From Tetramitus jugosus (lineage: Eukaryota > Protista > Heterolobosea), in assembly GCA_937625935.1 (NCBI GenBank), contig OW569376.1:401304-465303 (forward strand): a DNA stretch of 64,000 bases, read 5' to 3'. Of the stretch, positions 1-10,400 are shown one piece after another (within the stretch, counting starts at the first letter, position 1; each line of letters begins with the position of its first letter). The notes under the pieces are model-generated. The model saw nothing but the letters and a program-made list of their open reading frames with translations. It was not told the DNA's origin and made no database searches. The translations under genes and the position numbers were made by a program.

Positions 1-151
1 AACAAGACACAGCTCTTTCCATCAATAGGTCTACCTCTCGCAATATCAACATTCGCATTCGCATCACAATTTTTGGGCAAAAAAGGTATTACAGTGCAGG
101 GACTGAAAGCAGCAACTCATGTTGTTGTTGTTTGTACATGCATTTTCCAAT

Positions 152-879
152 TTACTCTTCTTCTTCTTCGGCAACAGCCTTCTTTGGTGCGAATTCCTCG
201 TACAAGGATGGATCTTGATAGTACTTGACATCTTGTTGGAATCTTGGTGCAATTTCTGGTGCAGCTTCAGCGAGAGCCTTAAATCTGGCATCATACCACT
301 TTCTGTGCTTGTTCAAGCAAGTTGTGAATTTGTAAAAATGTCTGTTGCATTGAGATCTTTGAGCCATAGTCTTGTTGGTTTGTCCCAAGTCTGTTTTTAA
401 GAGTTCATACAGTATAACAAAACAAGCAAAGAAAACGAGTCAGAAGAGCACGCTCTCAACAAAAAGCTTTTTTTTCTGTAGACGAAAAAAACGGCGCCAA
501 ATTCAACAACAAAAAAAAACATACCTGGTGTAGCACAAGCATCAAGAGCCATGTTGTAAATGTGAGCGTTACATGGTGCATGCTTGCCCAACAAAACCAA
601 TGATCTAAACTTTCTCTCCTTTTGCAATGCATCAAGATCAGAGTCTTGAATCTTGCTCAAATGTTCCTTGTCAGAATCAGTTGGGAGGTAGTCCTTGGAG
701 TCCAAAGGCTTTGCCCAAATGTCCAACACTTCCTCATCGGAGTAGTAGTGGTTGTACTTTTGGTGAGCTGCGTTTGGAACGTTGGTAGCATCATCAGGGA
801 TGTCAACATCCTTGAGCTTTGGTGATTTGTAGAATTGTGGCTCAACGTGGTAGTCGTTTCTTGGTTTCCATTCAGACAT
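152..879 (-). CDS. Two-exon hypothetical protein (about 197 aa) with CX11C and CX9C motifs; possible mitochondrial intermembrane-space protein
   Basis: ATG at 879; exon 879-525; intron 524-391 (CCAG|GTATGT...AAACAG|AC); exon 390-152. Splicing joins ORFs 397..960 and 152..388 in frame (..DACATPDLGQTNK..). Confidence 0.75.
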
Positions 880-1234
880 GATTAATTCTCCAATTGATTT
901 TTTTTGTGTGTTTGCTGGCAGAGGTGACGATTTGTTTGTGTGGAGCGTGTGCGCAATCAATCTTGCTTTTTTTCCAGCGTCGGGAAACTCTCAATACCGA
1001 CACTGCAAACGCAAGCTGGGGACAACACAAAGCCCAAAATTGATGCTAGAGTCGGGTGTTCGGTTAATTTGTATTTCCGACAAATGCAGTCAACTGCGTG
1101 TTACAATGAAATCGCCCGACCCAAGCGAAAACTGACGGAGGGATTTCCCTACAAGACTCGTTGTTGTAATCTCCATCACCATCTCAAAACACCTTTTGAG
1201 AAAAATTGAAAAAGTAGAAATATCACTAAAATTC

Positions 1235-2307
1235 ATGAATTTGAAGGCCTACTTTCTCGTCCCTTTTCTCTTGTTTTGTTGTTACAAGTGAACGCTGTAC
1301 CTTATCTTTGTCCAAGAGGGCTGTTTATAGAGGAGAAACCATCAACGTTACAGTTTCTGGGGACAGTTCCACCTCTGCTCAGCTCAAGATTATCGCCAAG
1401 TATCAGTAGGATCTGATGTAGTAGTCGTTCAATGACAGTGGATCCTCGAAGTGAATTCTCATTGTCATTAGAATGCCAAGCGTGTACTACATCGTGTGAG
1501 TACTGCTTATGTTTTAATGCGGGTACATTCAGCTGCGGTGATGAGTTAAGAAAGTTCTGTTTGATGAGTAAAATCCTCGATCCCGCAGAGGGAAGCACTG
1601 TTGGATCAAATACTTCTATTATTACAATGGATTATGATGTCTCAGGGGTGAGTAGATATGATATTGGAGAAAGTTGGACGATAATGAATCCTTCTCTTTC
1701 CTCATCAGATCGAAAGATGGTTTTGAGCGGTGGTTCTAAACCCATAAACTCTATGCGCAGCAAGATCCTTCTTTGGGCAGACACAGATTGCTTGTCTGTG
1801 CTGGCTAGTTCAGGTACATTATGATTTCCTTCTGCCGGTTCTTCAAGTTGCCCTCCACCACAAACTCCATCCATCACTGCCCCATCAGCTGGAGCAAAGT
1901 TCACTGTTGGTCAGCAGAATAGAAGTTCTTGGTCTGGATTGACTGAATATCCTGTTGTTTATGTGAACATCTTTGGAGGAGGAGGATTGGCAATTAGCGA
2001 ACCCCTATTCTCTGTGAACATTCCAGACACAACAACATTCTATGATTGGACTCCCCCTGCTGACGAGTATGTCAACTCTGGAACTTACATTCTATTCTTT
2101 CGCAGCAGTTCCAACTGGAATGGAGAGTGTTCATTGGGTGATCAAGTTATGAGGAGTGATACCTTCTCTATTGCAGTACCTCCTTCTGCGTCGCAAGTTG
2201 TTCAACCATCCGAATCTAGTCTGGGAAGCAACCCTACTCAAGTTATGATCGTAAGTCTGGCTGATTGGCCTCATACTGGTTTAGCCTTTTTTCCAGGCAT
2301 GCACTAG
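1235..2307 (+). pseudogene. Disrupted secreted/cell-surface protein with Ig-like, Ser/Thr-rich segments
   Basis: Signal-peptide-like start MNLKAYFLVPFLLF at 1235 followed by frameshifts. ORFs 1432..1824 and 1939..2307 share a frame and are separated only by TGA 1822-1824. ITAPSAGAKFTVGQQNRSSW resembles the start of Kre9/Knh1-type Ig-like domains. AATAAA follows at about 2334. Confidence 0.55.
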
Positions 2308-2579
2308 AAGTAAGAACACGGTTACTTATCAAAAATAAAACTTTCATGAGAAGACCTTGAGAACATCCTTGTTGTCCATATATGTCCTTGAAAGCTCGTG
2401 TTTCCTAATCACATTGATGGCTGATTCTCATTCACATTGAACATTGTCCAGTTTCATTGAACTATCGTTGGGTTGAAGGACAGTTTACAAAGGATACGGA
2501 TGGACGTTGATTCGCATCACTGGGAATCGCCAACTCGGATTGACAGTAACATAACCAAAACAATACTAATCCCAAGAGA

Positions 2580-3491
2580 ATGATGTCCCAAGTATTGTTA
2601 TTTGTCTGTTGTTTGCTATTCCTTCTTCATTGTCTCCATGGTTTGACTGAAACTACTTCTCTGATGACAATGCCAGATCTGACAAATACTACTGAACCAA
2701 GGTCTGTAAAATCATGCAGTTGTGTGGCTTGCATGTGCCCAGGAAGTACTTCTGACTGTCCCATTACCATTTCAGACTACGCGTCAACTTCACAACGCTG
2801 TGGTGAGGGATCTAGGGTGAGAATAGACACCTTAGGATCTGAATCAACAGATGGGAGTGCCTATCGAGTATTCACAGTAGATCAGGAGAATTTCAATTTG
2901 TTCCAGAGAGGTCAAAGCTTTAGTTACTTCACTTCTCTATCTACTCCTTCAAGTGTTTCTTGCTTTATTGCTTCGTCGTTTATTGTTGTAGATCCAGCCT
3001 CTGTTTATGTCATTTTTCAGTGCATGAATTCAATTTACAATTGTCCAGTGAAGTATGATCTTTCAGGATCATGTGTCGCAGGAAAGGCCACAACTGCCGA
3101 GGTTCTAACTTCTTCTGCTTCCGTACAGAAGAATCAATTGTTTTCTGTCAGTGTGGTACTAAAGGACTCAAGCGGTAGAGAAGATATTTATTCTGAGGGA
3201 GTTGTGACTCTGAGCAAGAAAATTGGCCCTGGCTCTCTATTCGGAAGTACCACCGCAACAGTTAATAGTGGAGTAGCACAATTCTCTGGAATGTCCTTCG
3301 ACATGGAAGGTACCTATTCATTGGTGGCTACATTTGGTTCCCAAGTTTCAGGCGACAGCTCAGCCATCAATGTCCAAAAGAAACCCGTGCCACCGCCATC
3401 ACCACCATTTCCACCAGTGGTGAACACAGGTATCATCTTTGCTCCGGCAATCTGGGTCATGCTCTTGTGTTTCATTCTCCATTTCTTGTGA
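2580..3491 (+). CDS. Probable GPI-anchored surface protein: signal peptide, Cys-rich domain, Ig-like domain, Pro linker, hydrophobic tail
   Basis: N-terminal hydrophobic stretch; SCSCVACMC; VVLKDSSG..VTLS..GSTTATVNSGVAQFSGMSFDMEGTYSLVAT; PPPSPPFPP; C-terminal IIFAPAIWVMLLCFILHFL-stop. Confidence 0.8.
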   Translation: MMSQVLLFVCCLLFLLHCLHGLTETTSLMTMPDLTNTTEPRSVKSCSCVACMCPGSTSDCPITISDYASTSQRCGEGSRVRIDTLGSESTDGSAYRVFTVDQENFNLFQRGQSFSYFTSLSTPSSVSCFIASSFIVVDPASVYVIFQCMNSIYNCPVKYDLSGSCVAGKATTAEVLTSSASVQKNQLFSVSVVLKDSSGREDIYSEGVVTLSKKIGPGSLFGSTTATVNSGVAQFSGMSFDMEGTYSLVATFGSQVSGDSSAINVQKKPVPPPSPPFPPVVNTGIIFAPAIWVMLLCFILHFL

Positions 3492-3718
3492 GCACATTCT
3501 CTCCACTATTCACAGAATAAATGACCATGTAGCCAAGTAGCACCATCAATTTACCAATGCCCCACTTCTGAGATTCAACATTTTGCATGAACTCTTTTCT
3601 CCGAATCCTTCCAATTTTTCACACCAACTCACACAGCGCTCTTTGAACTCGCATGTTTTTTGGCACCACCAAAGTCAAAAAAAAAAACAACACATAAAGC
3701 ACAAAGAAGAAACTTGCA

Positions 3719-6700
3719 ATGAGCGATAGCACAAAACAGACGCACAAGTCCTACAAGGGACCACGTGCGGGTGTGAAAGCCGACAAGAAAGATGTCAAAG
3801 AAAAGAAAAAGCTTGGATTGTCAACTGATCGTTTCAACTCGAAAGCTTTTGCCTTTTCCAATGGTGTTGCTCAATCAGGAAAGTTGCGCAAATCATTGGA
3901 CGTGATGCAAAAGAAACTTCATGTCAAGATTGAGAATAGAGTGTACGGTGAACCACCTCCAAAGCTCGTTGCTGTGGTTGGTCCACCACAATCCGGAAAG
4001 AGCACGCTCATCAAGTCATTGGTGAAGCATTATACGAAGAACAAGTTGTCTGAGGTGACAGGTCCCATTACGGTGAAGACTGGTAAGACGAGACAAACGT
4101 TTTTTGAGTGTCCAAATGATTTGAATGCCATGATTGATATTTCAAAGGTTGCTGATTTGGTGATTCTTGTGATTGATGCGAGCTATGGTTTTGAAATGGT
4201 ATGAAGATATTTCTTTTTTATGTTGTTAGTTGATTTGATGATTTTTTGGTGTGCTCACACACAAGACTTTTTTTTCACAGGAATCATTTGAATTTTTGAA
4301 CGTTTTGCAAACACATGGTTTTACAAGAGTACTCGGTGTGATGACACATTTGGACAAGGTGAAAAAGACGAGACAAGTGAGACAGTTGAAGAAGCGAATG
4401 AAGCAAAGATTTTGGACCGAAGTTTGTGACGGTGCCAAATTGTTTTACATTTCTGGTACGAGAGGTCAATTGTACACTCCTAGAGAAACACTCAATCTTT
4501 CCAGATACATTACCATTATTAAGCCTAGACCATTGACATGGAGAGCGTCTCATCCAGGTGTGTTGGTTGATCGATTTGAAGACATCACTGATCCTGAAGA
4601 GATTAGACAAAATCAGTACGTCAATAGACATGTGTGTCTGTATGGCTTTGTTCGTGGTACATTCTTGAGAAATGGTATGCCTGTCCATATTCCTGGCTGT
4701 GGTGATTTCCAAATGAAGGAAATTACGAGCTTGGATGATCCGTTGCCAATGGAGGACAAGCAGAAGGGAAAGCTGAAGAGTGATAAAAAGAGAGGCATCT
4801 ATGGTCCAATGAGTAATATGGGAGATTTGTTCTATGATAAAGACAGTGTCTACATTGAGATGGATGATGCTGAGGAAGAGGAGTTTGACAATGGAAAGCA
4901 TTTGAGTCAAGAACAGGCAGTTCAAAGAATGCAACAAAAGAAGCTCGTTCAATCAATCATGAGGAAGTCTGACAGTGCCCTCGATGAAAAACTTCAGAGC
5001 CAATCTGTCAAATTGTTCGCAAAGGCAAGCAAGCCAATCGAACTGAAAGAAGAAGACAGTGACGATGAAGAAAATTTCAAAGAAGAAGATTTTGAAAATG
5101 AGGACAGTGATGCAGAGGACGATGGTAGTGACGGTGATGATGACGATGTCAAGGTCGAAGAAGATCCAAACAGAGTCAGAAGAAGGGCAACATTTGCTGA
5201 TGACAGCGAAGCCAAGGAAACCAAATCTGAAAAGGTTGAATATGATGAGGAAGATGACGATGAAAATGCAGATGATGAAGACGTGTTCGATCCAAGCAAG
5301 GGTTCTCTGCGCGTTGGTAAATCTGGAATGTTCGAAGAAGACGAAGATGAAAAAGAAGAATTGAGTGATTTAGAGGATGCTGACGGATTGGGTGATGCTG
5401 CTCAAAAATGGAAGGAGAAGATGATTGAGCATGCTTCTAGCGCCTTTTACTCGACAGATGTGAGTATTCAGAACCTTGTCTATGGCGATTCACTTGAAAT
5501 GAGAAAAAAGAAGAAACCTGCCAGCAGCGAAATTTTTGATAGAGACCTCGAAGAGGAAGGAAATTTGTTTGACTTGGCAAAGAGAATCTCCCACAATAGA
5601 AGCAAGCAGACCCAAGACACTGAAGAAGTTGAAGACATCAATGAGGAGGATCGAACTATCACTCAAGCTGAACCTGAAGATTTGGATTATGATTGGAATG
5701 ACGCTGATTTCCGTGAGACTATCCGAAACAAGTTTGTGACGGGAGATTGGTCTTCAAGAAGAGATGCTGCCTCTCACGGCGCAGCAAAGCCAAAGGCAGA
5801 TGCTGACAGTGCCATGAGTGATGACGAGAATGATGAGGGTGAGAACAATGGTGTTGAGGTAGATTATGGTGACAACGACGAGGAGTCTCTCGAAAGAAAG
5901 AGAGAAGAAAAGAAGAAACAGTTCGATCAAACCTTTGATAAGATTAAATCAAAGGATGGTGATGATGAGGATGATGAAGAAGATAATGATCCTAATGGTC
6001 TAACTGTTGAGAAGTGGAGACGGAAGCAACTTGAAGATGATCCACAGACAGTTCTTAACAAAACCGAGTTCGACGGAATGAACAAACAACTGAGAGAGCA
6101 GATTGAAGGTTTTGCTCCTGGAACTTATGTTCGTATTGAAATCACTGATTTTCCACCAGAGTTTGTTCAAAATGTTGACTTCAAGAATCCTATTCTTGTT
6201 GGTGGCATGCATCAAGAGGAGTGTCGTATGGGTTTTATCAAGTTGAGAATGAAGAGACATCGTTGGTTCCCAAAGACCTTGAAGAACAAGGATCCATTGA
6301 TCTTCAGTATTGGATGGCGGCGGTTCCAATCCATTCCAACATATTGTGTTCAAGATGTGAACGGTAGACATAGATCTGTTAAGTACACACCTGATCATAT
6401 GCATTGTATTGCTGCTATCTATGGTCCATATATGCCACAAAACACTGGTATGATTGCCTTCCAGAACCTCTCGAACAAGGTTGACACATTCAGAGTTGCA
6501 GCAACTGGTTATGTCATGGAAATTGATCAAAACTTCCAGATTGTTAAGAAGCTCAAATTGATTGGTTATCCAAAGAAGGTGCACAAGAATACTGCTTTCA
6601 TCTCAAAGATGTTCAACAGTTCTCTCGAAATTGCAAAGTATGAGGGAGCATCTTTACGTACCGTGAGTGGTATTCGTGGTCAGGTAAAGAAGGCACTCAA

Positions 6701-7337
6701 GCATGGCGACGACGGAGATTTCCGTGCTACTTTCGAAGACAAGATTCTAATGAGTGATATCGTATTCTTGAGAACTTGGTACCAGTTGGAATTAGACAAG
6801 TTCTACAATCCAGTCTTGAACCACCTGACAAAGAAGTGGTATGCAATGAGAACAGTGTATCAGTTGAGAAAACTGAGAGGTGAGAGTATTCCAGTTAACA
6901 AGGATTCCCAGTACCGACCTATCGAGGCTCGTTCAACTGTCGGTCATGACCAAACTTTCATTCCAAAGGCAAACCTTCTCAAGAAGCTTCCTTTCGCTGC
7001 TCAACACAAGAAGGTAGTCGAAAGTACAGGTCTGACAGATGACTTAAAGAAGCATCTGGGAACAAAGGCACCTATCCATGGTTTGACAACCGCATTGATG
7101 AGCGACAAGGAAGTGGCCCGGGCAAATATGCTCAGAAAGATGCAAGCCATTGATGCAGACAGAAGAAAGAAGCAACAGAAACTTGATGCTAAGCATCAAT
7201 TGAAGTTGAAGCAGCAAGAAGTCAAGGAAGAGAGGTTGAGAAACCAGAAGAAGAATATGACGAAGAAGCGTAAATACATTGAACAGGAGATGAGAAGAGT
7301 TAAGAAGGCCAAGTACATCGTGGATGACTCGAAATAA
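3719..7337 (+). CDS. BMS1: Ribosome biogenesis GTPase Bms1 (two exons)
   Basis: P-loop GPPQSGKST; FFECPNDLNAMIDISKVADLV; intron 4199-4280 (GTATGA..TCACAG) joins GFEM to ESFEFL; acidic middle; C-terminal KRHRWFPKTLKNKDPLIFSIGWRRFQ and LRTVSGIRGQVKKA. Confidence 0.97.
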
Positions 7338-7472
7338 ACAGCCACAATTCCTGTCAATGATTTTATTTTGTCAGCTGTCAACTGTAAATCGGACCAGCCA
7401 CTTAGTCCGTTTTTACGAAGAGTGCTCAACGGTTTTTGCAGCTCGAAAAGTTTGTTCACAAACGAAAGGTAA

Positions 7473-10400
7473 ATGATGGATCGAATGTCCAACTATATGA
7501 GTCGTTCTCTTCAACATCCATCGTACATACGAATGAATGGACTGTACTCCCAGCAGGATGCAAAACTGAGTCCTGTTTCTTCGGGGACCAAGCACAAGGA
7601 ACTCCCATTTCAGAGCATTATTCCGAAGAATGGTAGTATGGATAGTTTGGATTATGAAGAAGATCAACAACCATTAACCAGTAGAAGAGACTTTAGTCAA
7701 CCTAGATTATCGAGCAATGAAACTATGGTGGGAGCCAATTTCCAAACTGTGGTTCGAATTCGTCCTTCTGCGAAAGGCAGTGGTGTTCCCGACGAGAATG
7801 CATCTTCTTTGAAGATTATTAATATGGACGAGGATATGAAAACTCTAATAGTTAATCGAAATTTAGGCACTGCTGTATCTGACAGATATCCAACCTATCA
7901 ATTCACTTTCGATCGAGTATTCGACGAGTATACGAATCAACAAATATTCTATCAATCTACATGTCGTCCGTTGGTTCGAGGGTTATTCAGTGGAAATAAT
8001 TCCACAATATTTGCTTATGGTCAAACACGATCTGGTAAGAAACACACACTTGAAGGTGTTCTCGACAGCGACCGAAGAGGTATTATTCCTCGTGTTGTTG
8101 AGGATATATTTGCCACTCTTCGCACGTTGGATCAATCAATGAATGCCCCGAAATTTAATGTCAAAGTGTGCTATATTCAAGTCTACAATGATGTAGTGTC
8201 TGATCTTTTGAACCCCAATACTCACAATTTGAAAATTATTGATGACAAGTCGAAAACTGCTTCTCATATTTCTGGGGCGAAGTACAGAATTTTGAAAGAT
8301 CCATCTGATATCTACAACATATTAAAATCAGGAAGGAACAATAGAGGGGTAGCAAGTGGTGTGAAACCACCTGATCTCTACGCTAGAAGCCACTCAGTTC
8401 TATCAATTATGTTGGAACAAGTGGGCATGAACTCTACTAACTTGCTAAAGAGTAAGATTCACTTCGTCACTTTAGCTGGAGCCGAAAGAGCCCGAGATTT
8501 CGCAGGCATATCGAGTAATTCCTCTAAGAGTGATGACGGCGCTAAAATTGCTATGACATTTAATGCTTTAGCCACTATCATTGCTTTCTTAAGTAGGAGC
8601 GGAAGTAGGCACATTCCCTATCGAGACTCGAAGCTGACACATATACTGAAGGATAGCTTAAGCAACAATGCTCTTTGTTTATTTATTGCAACTATCTATC
8701 CTATACAAGAGAATTACAATGAAACCCTTGCTTCTTTGAAGTATGCTTCGAGGATTAGACAGAGTTCAACTCTGATAACAACAATATCACCAAGTAGCGC
8801 TGATGGTGAAATCAATACTTTTATGGGGAGTAATGATTCAACAAATTCCTCCTACGACAACCATAGAGCAAGAATGAGCGAAAGGTCTCAAAGTGTTCCC
8901 AATCTAGGGATAGTGCGGAAACCAGAAAGACAGTCTTCTCACCCATCATTGATAATTGACCGCCCGTTACAAGTTCAACGACAAGATCAGAAGCTTAGTC
9001 AGATAGTCGATTCACCTGTTGTCCAGCAATCCCCTCGGTCAACCCACTTTCAACCAAAGAGTCCATCCTCAGAGCTGATCAGCATACGATCGCCCATCAG
9101 ACCTCAACAACTTCAGTTTTCCCCTGCTCGAAGCGATGTTGTATTTGATGAATACACAAGATCACCGAGTGGTCAAGACGAGGAACTGAAAAGGGAATTG
9201 TTACTATCTCCAAGTAAGATTGCAACCGAGTTACGCGATGAGAACGAAAGTTTGAAAGAAGCAATCTGTAACATGAAGATCGAGATAGAAGAATTGAACA
9301 ATCAAAAAGAGGAATACAAATCCCAGAGTGAGAAATTGAATCAGATTGTAAAAAAATTAGCTCAGGAGAGATTGACTTTCAAACAAAGCTATGAAGAATT
9401 CGAGGAGGAAAACAATAGATTGAAGAAAGAAATAAGCAACATGGCGGAGAGACTAGACACTCAACAACCTGATTCCCCTTCACCTATGAAAGTTGGGGAG
9501 ATTTATACTGAAAATTTACGTCTGGACAAGGAAGTTAGTGAGCTGAAAGGTATGATGCTGAAAGTATCGAATAACTTGGCATCAGCAGAAATTGAAAATC
9601 TCAAGTTGAAGACAAATATAGAAGAACTTACTATTTCAAACGAGGAATTGAGTGAGAAGAAACAACATCTGGAAAAGATCGTCACAGTTAAGGGAGGAGA
9701 ATTGATTGAACTACAGAAAACATTAGATCAATTAAGATTTAATACTCCTGTAAGAAGCAAATCGCCGTTGAAGATATTAGCAAGAAGTGCCTCTTCACCT
9801 TCTGTATCTGTCGCCTTTAGCCCTTCCTCTGATGCCTCTGTCAATACAGATATCTCTTCTGTTGATGCAGCTATAGTTGTCAGTGAAGTGGAAGATATTG
9901 TCCAACGTTCCAAAGAATTAGAAGAGACTATCGATCGCCTTGAATTGAGAGTTGCTGGATTAATGGAGGAGAAGGAAAGAAGCAACCTTAATCTAGCCAA
10001 ACGAGAGGAAGAATTAAGTGAAATCCATGTTGAGATTGAAAAATTGACTACACTGCTTCCTGGTAACAATATAGTAGGTGGACAACTGTCTCTCTTATCT
10101 TCAATATCGGAACTAAGTTCCAATATGAACCGATTGAGAGAAGAGCGAAATGAACTTAAATCCAAATTAATCGTTGCAGAAGCAAGGATGACTGCAAGTA
10201 GTGACAAGTTTGAAAAGAAAAGGCAAGATTATGAATCAGATGTTAGAGTATTGACCGAAAATGTTCAGAAGTTGATCAATGAGTTGAGGATAGCCAATGT
10301 GGAAAGTGAGAAATTGAGAGATTTAATGCCAGATAAAAAAGTGGAGGATGATCGTTTCTCTCTCTTATCTTCACTGTCCGAACTGAGTGTCAGTATGAAT

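Noticed and set aside
1822-1824. TGA as selenocysteine or a reassigned codon
   Set aside because: The same gene has other lesions, there is no redox motif context, and TGA, TAA and TAG all act as normal stops elsewhere in the window.
4284-6584. Long antisense ORFs over BMS1, and similar ones over the kinesin, kinase and DNAJC2 genes
   Set aside because: Shadow ORFs of coding strands with no independent protein features.
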